A stretch of DNA of 64,000 nucleotides from the human T2T-CHM13v2.0 reference genome, Homo sapiens, in the NCBI RefSeq assembly GCF_009914755.1, contig NC_060934.1; one strand, 5' to 3'. The notes beneath the pieces were generated by a model. It made no database searches and had not been told where the DNA came from. It saw only the letters and a program-made list of their open reading frames with translations. Positions 1 to 16,830 of the stretch are shown piece after piece (within the stretch, counting starts at the first letter, position 1; every line of letters begins with the position of its first letter). The position numbers and the translations under genes were made by a program.

Positions 1-759
1 AGATTTTTGCATCAGTATATGTGAGATTCATCTTTGTGTGTGTATTATGTTGATTTCACAAAAAGCATACTGACGCTTTTTTCTTTCTCTGCTTGGAAAA
101 ATGTACGTACTATAATTATCTATTCCTTCAGGGTTCAAAAGAATTAACCTATGAAACGGTTTGTGGCAACTCTTCTTGGTGGTGGTGGTGGTGGAGAAAG
201 AAGTTGTTCAAATTTTAAGCAGATATTAGAGCTGTTGACTTCCCAGAGCAGTTTAGCTTCCATTTGTCTTCTTACCTGTCAGTGTTTGCTCTTCCATTCC
301 CACTTCTAATTCGTGCCACCACATCTGTTATTTTCTGGCATTTGACTTTTCTCCTCTTTCTTCCTTCATTCTGACCTTGCCCACTGAGCTTTTAGCCCAT
401 AACTATGATTAGTCAGCCAGTTTCATTGGGTTTTGAATAATCTCCATTTTTAACTTCATAGCTATTTTTATATTTATACTATTTTCTGCTACTCAGTGTT
501 TTTTTCCCACTGCCAGATATTATCTTTGATTTATTATTTTTTAACCACAGGATTGGAGCCTATTCTTACTCCTTGAGATTGCCAAAATGTGAACATCCAT
601 TTTTAAAAAAGATATTATTAATACTGTACTATTGTATTAAGCCTCTTAGGTTATGTTCTGTTTAAATATGGCAAACCAAGCTTTCCAACCTGTTTTGCCA
701 TCCCTGCAGCATCTAGTGCCTCTCCACCTTCCAGCCTCACCCAGCAGCTTCTTTGTGCT

Positions 760-1660
760 AAAGGCATGCTGCCCTCTTTTGTGTTCCTAGATTGTACCCT
801 GCTTCCTCCTGCCTCAGGACCGTTGACTGTGTTCTATTTGGAATACTTTTTTAATCCTTTATCTAGTTTGTGGGTCCCCAACCCCTGGGCCAGTACTGGT
901 CCGTGGCCTGTTAAGAAGTAAGCCACATAGCAGGAGGTGAGTGGCGGGTGAGTGAGCAAAGCTTCATCTGTATTTACAGCAACTCCCCATCACTCACATT
1001 ACCACCTGAGCTCTGCCTCCTATCAGATCAGCAGCAGTTATTAGATTCTCGAACATAAACCCTCTCGTGAACTGTGCATGTGAGGGATGTAGATTGCATG
1101 CTCCTTATGAGAATCTAATGGCTGATGATTTGCCACTGTCTCCCGTCACCCCCAGATGGGACGGTCTTGTTGCAGGAAAACAAGCTCAGGGATCCCACTG
1201 ATTCTACATTATGGTGAGTTGTGTGATTATTTCATTATAGATAACAATGTAATAAAAATAGAAATAAAGTGCACAATAAATGTAATGCAATTGAACCATC
1301 CTGAAGCCACTCCTCTCCCTCCCGTGGTCCATGGAAAAATTGTCTTCCACAAAAACAGTCCCTGGTGCCAAAAAAGGTTGGGGACTGGTGATCTAGTTAA
1401 CTTTTTCATTCTTCTGATCTCAGCTCAAATGTTACATCTTCAGGAAATCCTTCTGTGATACTCCACCCTCCCAATTCCATATTAGGTCAGCTCTTCTGGT
1501 TATATTCTCTCATTGCCCTCTGTGCTTTTTCTTCAAAGCATTGTAATTACACACTTGTATGATTATTTGATTCCTGTCTGTTTCTTCCACTAAAGTATAA
1601 ATTTTCACAGAGAGAGGAACTACATTTGCTTACAAATGTATTTCTGAAATGTGCTTAGTT
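760..1660 (+). mobile_element. L2 3' fragment interrupted by MER1A
   Basis: L2-like motifs tcagctcaaatgttacatcttcaggaaatccttc and ccactaaagtataaa; boundaries approximate. Confidence 0.6.
869..1390 (+). mobile_element. MER1A (hAT-Charlie) DNA transposon, full length
   Basis: Terminal inverted repeats gggtccccaacc / ggttggggac; perfect 8-bp TSD ATCTAGTT at 861-868 and 1391-1398. Confidence 0.88.
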
Positions 1661-2490
1661 TGTTCACTCATTCAGTAATACTTGTGCACTTTTTGTGTAT
1701 CAGGCATTGTTATAGGACCTGGTGTTACTGTAGTGACCAAGAAAAGAAGAAAAAAATCCCTGCCCCCATGGAGCCTACATTCCAGTATGAGAGAGGGAGG
1801 GAGTGGAGAAAAATAAGGGAGGGAAGAGGGATAGATAGATAAGGGGTGGGGTTGCAGTGGGGTGTGTGGTACAGTTTTACATAGATGTCCAGGGAAAGCC
1901 TCATTAATAAGGCGAGTTTTGAATAAGACCTGAAAGAGGTAAGGGAATCAAACAAGTGAATACCTGGGGGAATATCATTTCACAGAGAAGGAATAGCTGA
2001 TGCAAATCACCTGAAGGGAGATTGTGCCTAATCATTTTTTGAGAAAGAGCAGAGCCTAAGGCATTTAGAGTTAAAGGAGAGGTCATGAGATCAGAGAGGT
2101 GACAGGAATCCAGATTTAAAACCTTGTGGGTCATTCTAAAGACTTTTACTGAAGTGAGATGAGAAGCCATTGGAGGACTTAAGCAAAAGAGCGAAGGGTC
2201 TCACATTTGAATAGGATTACTTTGACTGCTATTGAGAACACAGTTAAGGGAGGTAAAAGCAGAAACGGAAACCTAGAAGACAGTGGCTGTAATCCAGATG
2301 AGAGATGATGAGCAGTTGGATCAGGGATGCAGCATAGAAGTGGTAAGTGGTATTCAGGTTCTAAATATGTTTTGAAGGTAGCAAGGAGGATTTCAAGATG
2401 GACTTGATGTGGAATATGAGAGAAATAAGTGTTAAGGTTGACTTTAAGGTTTTTGGCCTGAGAAACTAGAAATGTGGAATAATTGATATT
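1660..2490 (-). mobile_element. L2 fragment
   Basis: ttcactcattcagtaata 3' tail followed by typical antisense L2 body (gatgagaagccattggagg, aatccagatgagagatgatg). Confidence 0.75.
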
Positions 2491-4903
2491 CAATATATCT
2501 GTTTGTAAAATGAATATTTATTTTAAACATTTGGTAATTCATAGATAAAACAGTTCATCACTTTTGGCTTCAAAATAATGGTTGTCATAATGTTTTTCTC
2601 AAAATGTTCCTCTTACTCATTTCTCCGAGTTGTTGAATTCATTTTTCTTAGATGTGAGATAAGCAATATATGACACTTTTCTTTGCTTGGCAATATCCTT
2701 TAATGATTGGCAATGTACATATGAGGAAGACAATTCACATGTTAAAAGATGTAAATTAATTTTGATTGTCTTAGTTGGTTTAATATTCATAACCATAAAA
2801 GCTAGCTGTTGATTAGAACATTGTGGGTTTTAGGCCGTGGAAGAAATTAAAAAGTGATTGCCACATCAATTATACCTAAATAAAGCTGTAAATAAAAATA
2901 ACAATAAAATAATAGTGAGGCAATAAACAAGTAGGAAAAAAAGTTATCACCACAAACACAGTGTTTACTTTTTTCTGTTCTATAAGCCTGATAAGAAATT
3001 GGCATATTTGTTTTATTTTTTTCTTTAAAGGATTAATCTTTAGACTTACCTTTTTCATTTAGGCTAAAGTGTCAGGATTAAGAAAGATATATTTCAGAAA
3101 TACTTAAATCCAGTATTTCTCCATCATTCTTGCCTAAGTTTTACAAAGATTTTCTTGTGATAGAATGTCTGATAAATCAATTAATAATGAATAAAATATT
3201 GTATCTTTTTTAATCTGTTGAATATTGTGTTATGGTATCCTGGATTCCCTCTATTGAATATTAATATGTAGTTATATTTATATTTTAAACTTTTGTTTAT
3301 TAAGGGAGCAGAAGGATAAACATGAACGTATTTTCTTTTCATTGAATTGTCCACTTTCAGTTACCTACACTAGTGGACAGAAACATTGTGAATAATCAAA
3401 AATATTTAAAGTCAATTATATGATTTATTTTAGTTTTGTTCAACATGCTTTCTTGAGCATCTACTGTATATACTACACCAGGCACTGTTCAGAAATTGGG
3501 ATTTAAAGATGAATGAGGCATAGTTCCTGTTTTCAAGGAGCTTGTGATCTAATGTGGAAGAGAGACAAGTAAAAGGATAATTTAAATATTATGTGGAGAA
3601 CTTTTACGTATCGTCATGAGGAATAATTTTATGGAATTTTCCCTTCTATCACAACTAAAAGACTGGAGAAAATTATATGAGAAACTACTTTTAGATATTG
3701 AGGACAAGAGAGTACAGGACCACGATCCCTGAGAGAAGGGAAACAAATGAGGTAAGCCCTAATTGCCCAAGCCTTCTCACTGGATATAGTTTTTGGATAG
3801 TAGCACTGGGAGGAGGAACTTAAGCAATGCAAAATGGTCTGAGTTGAGGAAACAAAGATTGGAATTTAGGGAGGCCAAGTTAGCTAGAATTTTCAGGACA
3901 ATGTACTTGAGAGGACAGATCCACACAGAGAAAAAGCTCTGGAAATCTGGATGGAGATCCTCTTGAGTCTTTGGATGTACTTGAACCTGTGTATACAGAC
4001 AGGAAACCCCACTGGGCTGAGTAAAGAAAAACTACTGGGGAGCAATAAGGTGGACAATTCTAAGAGCTCATATGGGAATGGAAGACATTCATGTTCCATC
4101 TTGTCACAATAGAAATATTTCATTAAACAGAAGAGTTCTGCCTTAATAGAAGGATTAAATTAAATTAAATATTCTTCTAGACCTACCCTAAAAAATTCTT
4201 ATAAACAAGATTTGCACATGACCCATAAGTAGCTTACCTGCCTACTAAAACAAACATCAACATCCTTTATGGGAAGACAGCAAAACTCATTTAACAAAAT
4301 AGTAAACACAATGTTTGGTATACAGTCAAAAATTACTAGACATGTAAAGAAGCAGCAAATTACAACTCAGAGCAAGGAGGAAATTTGGTCAATAGTAACA
4401 TACCTAGAAATGATATAGATGATGCAATTAGAAGGAAAAATAATTAAAGCTTTTAGAATATTCTAAGTATACTCAAGGACATGAGCATAATGAGGAACTA
4501 AATGGAGGATATAAAAATAACCAAAGACACAGAAGAAATATTTGACAAAATTCAACAACTTTCATGATAAAACCACTCAATAAACTAGGGATAGAAGGGA
4601 CTTTCCTCAATCTGATAGAGGGCATCTATAGAAAAACCCACAGCTAATGTCATTCTTAATGATAATGGAATGAATATTCCCCTCTAAGATCAGGAACAAG
4701 ACAAGGATATTTACTCTTACAACTTCTAATCAACATTATAGTGGGGGTTTTAGGCAGAGCAATTAGGAAAAAAAAAAAGAGAAAAAGAAAAAGCATCCAT
4801 ATTGGAAAGGAAGAGGTAAAGCTATCTCTATTCAAAGATAACATGATCTCGTATATAGAAAACCTAAGGAATCTACAGGAAAACTATTAGAGCTAATAAA
4901 CAA

Positions 4904-5194
4904 GGCCGGGCACAGTGGCTCATGCCTGTAATCCCAGTACTTTGGGAGGCCAAGGCGGGTGGATCACGAGGTCAGGAGATCAAGACCATCCTGGCTAACA
5001 TGGTGAAACCCCGTCTCTACTCAAAATACAAAAAATTAGCCGGGCATGGTGGTGGGCGCCTGTAGTCCCAGCTACTCAGGAGTCTGAGGCAGGAGAATGG
5101 CATGAAACCTGGAGGTGGAGCTTGCAGTGAGCCGAGATCGCGCCACTGCACTCCTTCCTGGGCGACAGAGCGAGACTCCATCTCAAAAAAAAAA
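4904..5194 (+). mobile_element. AluY-like element
   Basis: Full dimer with gagatcaagaccatcctggctaac and gagcttgcag diagnostics; A-tail present, no TSD. Confidence 0.92.
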
Positions 5195-6027
5195 GAATAA
5201 ATGTGTACATCCACCTCATACCATACACAAAAATTAACTCAAAATGGATCAGACAGCTAAATGTAAGAGCTAAAAATGAAAAACTCTTATAAGAAAATAC
5301 GGGTGTAACTCTTCATGAGCTTGGATTAGGGAATGGTTTATTTTAGATATGCACAAGCAATAAAGTATAGATAAATTGGACTTCATCAAAGTTAAAAACT
5401 CTTGTGTTTCAAAGGATACTATCAAGGAAGTGAAAAGACGACCACAAAATGGGAGAAAATATTTGCAAATCATATATAAGGGACTTGTATTCAGAATATA
5501 TTAAAAACTCTTACAACTTAATAAAAAGATAACCCAATTTAAAAATGGACAAAGGAATTAAATAGACGTTTCCCAAAAAAGCTATACAAAGCCACTTCCA
5601 GTAGGGGCTTGTCTTCCAGGACAAGATGTGGAGGAGAAAGACAGTGGTATTGATGATCCTGACCTTGTGTAGGCCTAGCCTAATTATATGTGTTTGAGTG
5701 TAAATAGTTTAAAAAGAAAAAAAATATTTTTATACAAATGTACGATGTATTTTTTTAAGCAACATGAAAAGTTGCTTACATTATTAGTTATCAGGGAAAG
5801 GCAAATCAAGACCACAATGAGATACCACTAGTGTGGCTATAATAAAGGTGGACAGCAATAGTGTTGGCAAGAATATGGAGAAATTGGAGAAATGTAAAAT
5901 GATGCAACTGCTTTGGAAGCAGTTTGGCCGTTTCTCAAAGCATTAAACCTAGAGTTACCATATGATTCAATGATTCCACTTCCAGGTATTTAAGAGAATT
6001 ACAAACATGTCCACACAAGACCTTGTA

Positions 6028-7505
<1,478 letters not shown>

Positions 7506-8042
7506 TACATGAATGTTCATAGCATTATTCGTAGTAGCAAAAAAGTGGAAACAACCCAAATGTCAATCACGTGAGGAATCCAAAAACAAAATATGGGCAT
7601 ATATATACAGTGGAATTATATTCAGGCATCAAATAAATGAAACACTGAAACATGCTACAAAATGGGTAGTCCTTTTAATCATTATGCTAAGTGATAGAAG
7701 CCAGATGCAAAAGACCACATATTGTATGATTCCATTGTTGTGAAATATCCAGAATAGGCAAATCTGTATATAGAGAAAGTAGATCAGTGGTTGCCTAGGG
7801 CTGGCAGAGTTAGGGGAAATTGGGAATGACTGCTAACAGGTATGGAGTTTCTTTGGTGGGGGGAGTGAAATGTTCCAAAATTATATAATGGTAATTGGAT
7901 GCACATATCTGTGAAAATACTAAAGCCCAATGAATTGTATACTTTAAAAGGATGAATTATGTGGTATGTGAATTATGTATCAATAAAAACTGTTTGTAAA
8001 AGGAACCAAAGGGGCTCTAAAAGTTAGGAAATACAATATCTG

Positions 8043-8434
<392 letters not shown>

Positions 8435-9078
8435 TTAAGAGCAGATCAGAGGCCGCAGAAGAAGAGACCAGTGAATTTAGAGATAACTTAAAAAATGGAA
8501 ACACAGAGGGAAACAAAAGACTTCAAAAAGCTAAAAAGCTGCTCAGAGACATGTGGAACAACATAAAAGAATCTAATAAAATGTGTAAGTGGAGTTCCAG
8601 AAATTATGGCAGAAGAGAAAGAATATTTGAAAATTTAGGAGATGAGTCTTAAAGGATGAATTGGGATTTGTCATGAGAATAAAGGGAGCAAGGGCATTTT
8701 AGGTAGAAGAAACAATATTAGCAATATTGTGAAAGCTTGTAGCCATATTATGAGTACTATGCAATGTCATTTTAAATGTGTTTTAATTATAAAGGATAGT
8801 TTTCTTATTTGGAACTTTATTTCACTAAGTGATATTACATATTTTGAATTCTCTTTTGGTAGGCTAACCATCTACTAACTTATCCTTTTGTATCCAGCTG
8901 GTGATTAATAAGTTCTGGTCAGTTTCTTAAAAAGAGTTACTAGTTGGCCAGGGGAAGCTAGTTGGAGCTTAAAATTAACCGTATGCTGCTTAGATTTTTA
9001 CTACATGAGAAAACGTTAATAATTGCTGACGTAAGGCAAAGCTTAAATGCTTAAAATAGATTTTTTGCATTTGTTTAG

Positions 9079-9360
9079 TTTTCTATTTCTTTTTAGATTT
9101 TTTAGGATTGATTTTTTTTCTATTTCTGTGAAGAATACCATTGGAATTTTCATGGGGATTGCATTGACTCTGTATATTGCTTTGGATAGTATGGATATTT
9201 TAACAACGTTAATTCTTCCAATCCATAGACATGGATATCTTTTCACTTATTTGTGTTGTCTTCACTTTCTTTCATCTGTGTTTTATAGTTTTTAGTGTAC
9301 AGGTCTTTTACTTCCGGGGTTAAATTTATTTCTAAGTATTTTATTTTTGATGCTTTTGTA
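9079..9360 (-). mobile_element. Internal L1 ORF2 fragment abutting a CCDC172 acceptor
   Basis: The minus-strand ORF 9043-9246 reads [31 protein letters not shown], which is L1 ORF2p. Confidence 0.88.
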
Positions 9361-9371
9361 TCTGTTTCTAG

Positions 9372-9473
9372 AAATGAAGTCAATGGAACATGATAGTAGC
9401 CAGTTAAATGAACTTCAAAAACAAAAGAGTGAATTGATACAAGAATTATTTACTCTCCAAAGAAAACTTAAAG
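9372..9473 (+). CDS. CCDC172: CCDC172 internal coding exon (102 bp, phase 1-1): (E)[33 protein letters not shown]
   Basis: Acceptor tttctAG ends at 9371; donor AAG|gtatta. Open coiled-coil-like frame that splices in phase to the next three exons. The peptide matches my recollection of the human CCDC172/C10orf96 C-terminal half. Confidence 0.93.
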
Positions 9474-9827
9474 GTATTACCTTCATGAGTTAGCTTATTT
9501 TGCTGATAAATATAGTTATATATGCATGATAAGGGCATATTATTCTTTTAAAATATATTAACCTGTTGTGATATAGTGCTATTATTGGTATAAAAAAGAA
9601 ATAGATAAAACACTAATCAACGTGAGATCTGATATTTTTAATGTCACAAATTTTTTGAAGATCTTTTTTGTGCATGTAATTGCTATATTAAAGTAGAAAA
9701 TAAAAATCATTAGTGTATAAATTTTATATGCAAGCACCAAAAATTAGAGTACTGTTCTTATGAGTGAATAAAGATAATCTTTATGTTTAATTTTCAAAAG
9801 ATTGCAACTATTTTTTGATTTGTTTAG

Positions 9828-9930
9828 TTTTTGAAGATGAAGAGAATGAATCCATTTGTACTACCAAATATCTAGAGGCAGAAAAAATAAAAATCAGTGA
9901 AAAGCCTCAAAATGATACAGAATGCTTAAG
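9828..9930 (+). CDS. CCDC172: CCDC172 internal coding exon (103 bp): [35 protein letters not shown]
   Basis: Acceptor tttgtttAG ends at 9827; donor AAG|gtaaga at 9931. G+TT gives Val across the upstream junction; frame is continuous. Confidence 0.93.
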
Positions 9931-11437
9931 GTAAGAGTTTCCTGTTATATTTTGGCCTAAATCAGGTAATTTTTCAAGTTAAATAGATTTCAGTATAAAG
10001 CTAAGTGCATCAATTATTAATTTGAAGTTCCAGATGAGGACATTATTTTCTTCTCTGTGTATTCTGACACGTGCTAATAAGGAAACACTTCAGGGCCTAG
10101 AAAGTGCTACACATAAGTTCATGATGCGTTGGGTTGATGACTGATAATAGTGAAATTAATTATATCTTTTCTTGAGACTCAGTATTTTTCACATCCCAAG
10201 AGATAAGACAACTCTCCTTTCTGTTATTCCTAACTTTTGGCGGGAAATGATTGAAATTACTTTTAATCTTTCTAGATTCCAGCGGTGGGAGGAAATCAGT
10301 CTGCTATTTTACTTGACATTTGTTACTCTGGTTTTGTTCTTAAAAAGTGAAAATGTATTTTCTGTATGGATTATTTAGATGATTTTTATGCATTTGGATA
10401 ATGAATGTATGATATTTGAAGTGACATAGTCATAAACACAAGGAGTAAAGACCTCAAGTTTTAAAATTTGACTCTCATTGATTAACAATTTAGTGTTACC
10501 TTTGCTGGCTTAATTTTAAAGAAGTTCCTGCACTTTCTAGGTTTCATATAAGAAAAGAAACCTCATTACTGGATCTATGAAGAAGCAAATGAAGCCTTCT
10601 TTCACATAAATCGTATAGGAAATATGTCCACTAGAGCTGAACAAATGCTTCATATTAGCAGTGTATTACCTTAGGCAATAATTTTAGTAGATTGTGAGAC
10701 AATATTTGCAATTTAATTTTATGTTAAGTTTTATAAGCATAAAATATCAATCTCTTGGGTGATATGTATGATGCAGAATGAGTTTTGATAATGACAATCT
10801 GCTCATTCATTTTTTTTTGCACTTTAAAAAATGGTGATGCCCACTGGTGTCATTAGAGTTAGTAGTGTGAGGGCTTCCAATCTGAACTCCAGTTTTGTAG
10901 GTTTATCACTCAGTCATAAAAATGTGCTCTGGGTTAAAATTAAACACACAAAGTCTGTTAGAGAATGCTTTTTCCTTCACAAATGATGACTTAGGAAATT
11001 TGGATAGAAAGAAATACCAGTGCATATATTTAGTCCATTCATTGCATTTTAGCAGTTATTAAATTAAATGCCAATATTTATCAATTCCTACTTTTTCATT
11101 CATTGATATGTGTACTTAGTTTCCCAATTAGCATGTTTCATAAGTTTTCCCAGGTGTGAAGAGTGAAGTCAAAGTACTGAGTATAAAGATTTTAGGAAAG
11201 AGGACTATCAGTCTTACAATTAATGCAATAACAAGAAGCTAATGATGTCAAAAAACAATAAGACATTGATTCAGCTTCATCATGAAGGCCAAAATTAAGT
11301 TGATGTTGTTATTGAATTTTGGGATAGAATAGTCTTTTTCATCTCTGTGTTCAAATGTATATGGAATTCCATAATAGTTGCATTTCTCTTAATTTGTCGG
11401 GTTTGACTTCTTAATGGAGTAGATGTTATTTTTATAG

Positions 11438-11663
11438 CAGGATTTCTCAAACTTGGCCTTGTTGACATTTTAGACCAGATTATTCTTTGTTGTCGGGGGC
11501 TGTTCAATGCATTGTGAGATGTTTAGTAGTAACCCTGTCCTCTACCCACTAGATGCAGTAGCACCCTGCATTCACCGGTTGTGGCAACCAAAAATGTCTC
11601 CAGACATTGCAAAATGTCCGCTGGGGAAGGGGGTTGCAAAGTCCCCCCAAGTTGAGAACCAGC
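11438..11663 (+). mobile_element. MER20 DNA transposon
   Basis: caggatttctcaa...aaaaatgtctccagacattgcaaaatgtcc...gttgagaacca. Confidence 0.85.
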
Positions 11664-13024
11664 TTTATTTTAAGGTTATTATGACTTCTACATTCATTAA
11701 CTTTAACCAGTAAGAAAGCAATTACAGAGGAAATCTTTAATATTAATTCATTTCTATGAGCTTACTGTTTCTAGTTTTAGTAATTAGACAACTTTAATAC
11801 ATGCTTTATTTTGTCTATATTGAAATTCTTTTATAACGATTATGGTTCATGTTTTAAAGCTTAATATGCCATGTTCAGGTTATTTGTTGGAATCTATCTT
11901 GATGTTATCCATTACTGTAGAGAACCAGTGTTTCACAGTTTAGTGGTCTCTGCTTTAGGTAAAGTTTGCATTCACAATGGTTTAATGGTTCACATTCAGA
12001 ATGATAATAGTCTCTGCTTTAAATAATCTGTCTCTATTTATAAATATCAAGATGTTTGTTTATTTAAACATTCTGTTTTGAAGAGTAAGTGTGTAACTAA
12101 CACACATTTAAGCAGCTGACTTATAGAATATTGCTATGATTTACACTTAAACCATAGGTTAGGTTAATTTATCAGAAACCTCCCAAAGAGGTATGTAATT
12201 ATGACTGATCTGGTTTTTTCATATAGTGTAGGGAGAACAGAAATAATAAAGATCAGAGTCTTAAGAGGCAGTAAGCATAGTGGTTAAACCCTTTTGAAAC
12301 CCAGCTCTCCCCCCACTTATGGTTCATCTTTCTTTCACTCTTTGCATCTTGCACAGTCCAGGGCACATAGTGTTCAATAAATATTTGTTCCCGTAATTGA
12401 GTCTACATATAATTGAATTTTCACTACGAAAAGATTAAAGTTCATCTTCATATATTTTCAGTGTTATTTGCAAAGACATTATGTATTCTAACCACTGGGA
12501 AAGTGCCACTTTGGAATGGATTATTTTCATTCCTATCTTTTTCTTCGATGTGGAAAAAGCTTTACAAGTTTAATCATGCTGACCTCCCCTTAGTCCCTCA
12601 TTCCCTTATCCTAATGTGGAGAGGAGTGACACAGTCTGATCGGTGAATCTGGAAAGGCAAACTGGGAAATGTGGAGCCCAGCCCCTTTCTTTTCCCTGTC
12701 TCTTTGGAACATTGCCTGCCTCAGAGAGCGTGTTTTCCCACTCTGCTTCTCCATCTCTTAAGTTTTATCATTGCTGGACTCCACAAGAGAAAGCCTGTGG
12801 GGTCCACTGCTACCTTTAATGGTGTGAGTTAAGTTAGTCTAATACTGGGGTTTGATATTAGCAAACCCTTGCCTACAGATTTAAGCCACATTCTCCAGTA
12901 TCTGCTATATCAGTAATAAATGTGACATTTATGCTTGCCTTCTGCCTTTCTTATTTTTTGATTGGGCAGATTTCAGGCAGGAAAGAAGAGTATTATATAT
13001 TGGGCCTCTGTAAACCCCCAAACC

Positions 13025-13061
<37 letters not shown>

Positions 13062-13255
13062 TGAGACAAAGTCTTGCTCTGTATCCCAGAGCAAGGGATT
13101 ACAGGCATGCACCGCCACGCCTGACTAATTTTTGTATTTTTAGTAGAGACACGGTTTCACCACGTTGGCCAGACTGATCTCGAACTCCTGACCCCAAGTG
13201 ATACACCTGCCTCAGTCTCCCAAAGTGTTAAGATTACAGGCGTGAGCCACTGCAC
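13025..13255 (-). mobile_element. Alu with internal deletion and (TTA)n tail microsatellite
   Basis: Antisense Alu missing part of the right arm; TSD aaacctattatt on both sides. Confidence 0.88.
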
Positions 13256-13883
13256 AAACCTATTATTTTTTGTTATTACCCAACACGAGGTTTACCAAAA
13301 TGCACAGTTCTTGATCATGATTTTTTTTATTTACTCCAAATTATAACATAACAGACAATTTTAAACATTTCAGGAATTTTCTTTCACCACAAAACTTCCT
13401 TCTAGAATGGTTGTACATCTTGTATTACTGATATTTGTGCTTGTTTAATGCAATAGGAAGATTGTTTTAGGAATAAATCTGCATAGGCAACAGCATGAGA
13501 TTTTCATTCTGAGCACTTAAAGATGGTGTGGCTTTGTTTCATCACCACAAGACAGGGCAATAAGAACAAAAAGAAATGAAAAGAAAAAAAGGTAGTATGG
13601 TTTGTGAAGAGCATATTTGCAATGTAAGCTGCACAAAAGTTAATATACACCTGCTACGAGAGACTCTAAATGCATTAATGTCATGTAGTAAAGCAGTGCT
13701 GTGACCTCTTCAGTGAAAAAGTCATCTAGTTAAGTTGGTCATAGAGGTCACACTGTTGGTCCTTAGACTTGTAAGAAGGCATAAACTCAATATGGTATTA
13801 ACATGTTTTCAAACTCTTTCAAGGATACATAAATAAATATGTATATTTTCACATGTATATATTTTTTATTATGAGAACAGGCG

Positions 13884-14123
13884 GGCCAGGTGTGGTGGCT
13901 CATGCCTGTAATCCTAACACTTTGGGAGGCCAACGGGGGCAGATCACGAGGTCAGGAGATTGAGACCATCCTGGCTAACATGGTGAAACCCCGTCTCTAC
14001 TAAAAATACAAAAAAAACTAGCCGGGCGTGGTGGCAGGCACCTGTAGCCTCAGCTACTCGGGAGGCTGAGGCAGGAGAATGGTGTGAACCTGAGAGGCAG
14101 AGCTTGCAGTGAGCCGAGATCGC
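13884..14123 (+). mobile_element. AluY-like element, 3'-truncated
   Basis: Ends at gagccgagatcgc without an A-tail. Confidence 0.88.
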
Positions 14124-15379
14124 TTTTCATACCCTTGCTCTGACACCCCAAGTGTGACTACTGTTAAAAGTTTGATGTGTATACTGTCAGAATTTATTTC
14201 TGTTTGTGTGTGTACACACATGTACATAGGTATGTCTGTGTGTGTTTAGCAAAAATGGGATTATGAATCACACTGGTCTGCAGTTTGCTTAATTATTTAT
14301 CAAAATGTAGATGTTTTCATTTTAGTTTGTACTAATCTTCATTCTTTTTCATGCTATTATATGGAGATGCCATATTTATATAACCAGTCTCTCATTAATG
14401 GATGTACAAGATAGTTTCTAAATATTCATAATTAGACACACTTTTATAAATGTATCCTTAAATACTTGCAAGAGTCTTTCTGTAACATTATTTAGAATAA
14501 GCAGCATTTCGTAGAGTAATATGAATTGTTACCCAGGTTCCATTTATAAAATAGTCTACATTATCTTTGCTCTTTGTTTTCAACAACAGAGAAGCTCAAA
14601 GTAGACAAGAGTAACAAGATCTCAGTTCTACAGTGTCCTCAAAATATTAGTCAAATAGTTGTGTGTCTGTACCTTACCTATATTGTCTCCATCTTTTTTA
14701 ACATTTATAAAATATGAGAATCCCCATTTAATTCCAGGACTGTTTTTTAGCTCTATATTTTGCTGAATATTTCTGTTGACTCTGCATCTTTTCTGGTAAA
14801 ACTTCATCATTTATTCACTAACAGAAGTGTCTCTACAGCATTGATTATGTAGCCTTCAAGCTAATAGAGATCCCCTGTTTTGTGAATCCTTGGCACATAC
14901 TGTAGTTATTAAAGCTTCAAAGCAAATACAGAGGAAATTTTTACGGTAGACTCCATTGATTATTTTAAAAGTTATATTCTGATATAAATGTAACTTTTCC
15001 CCTAAATTGTGAAATAATTTTATTATACAAGCCATACAAAATATTACAGTGATTATTTTCTAAATTCATTGGTATCTTTAATGTCATACAGATTTCTTTT
15101 TTCATTTTCCTATGTTTATCTTTATAAATCAACCCCTTTTGGTGTGGGTTTGGGAAGATGACAGAAAATATGTGGTAAAAGGAGATGCCTACCCCAACCA
15201 ACCAGGATTTGGAGGAAGGGAGATGCTGGCAGGACCGCTCCCTCTTCTAGCCCTTTCTCAGCAGATTCCTCTGGTCTAGCCTTACACACCTGTGAAAGCT
15301 CTTACCTATCTGCTCTTGGCCTGGACTGAAGGAAAGCAGAATTAGAAAACTGATAATTCTACTGTCACACATTCAACTT

Positions 15380-16830
<1,451 letters not shown>

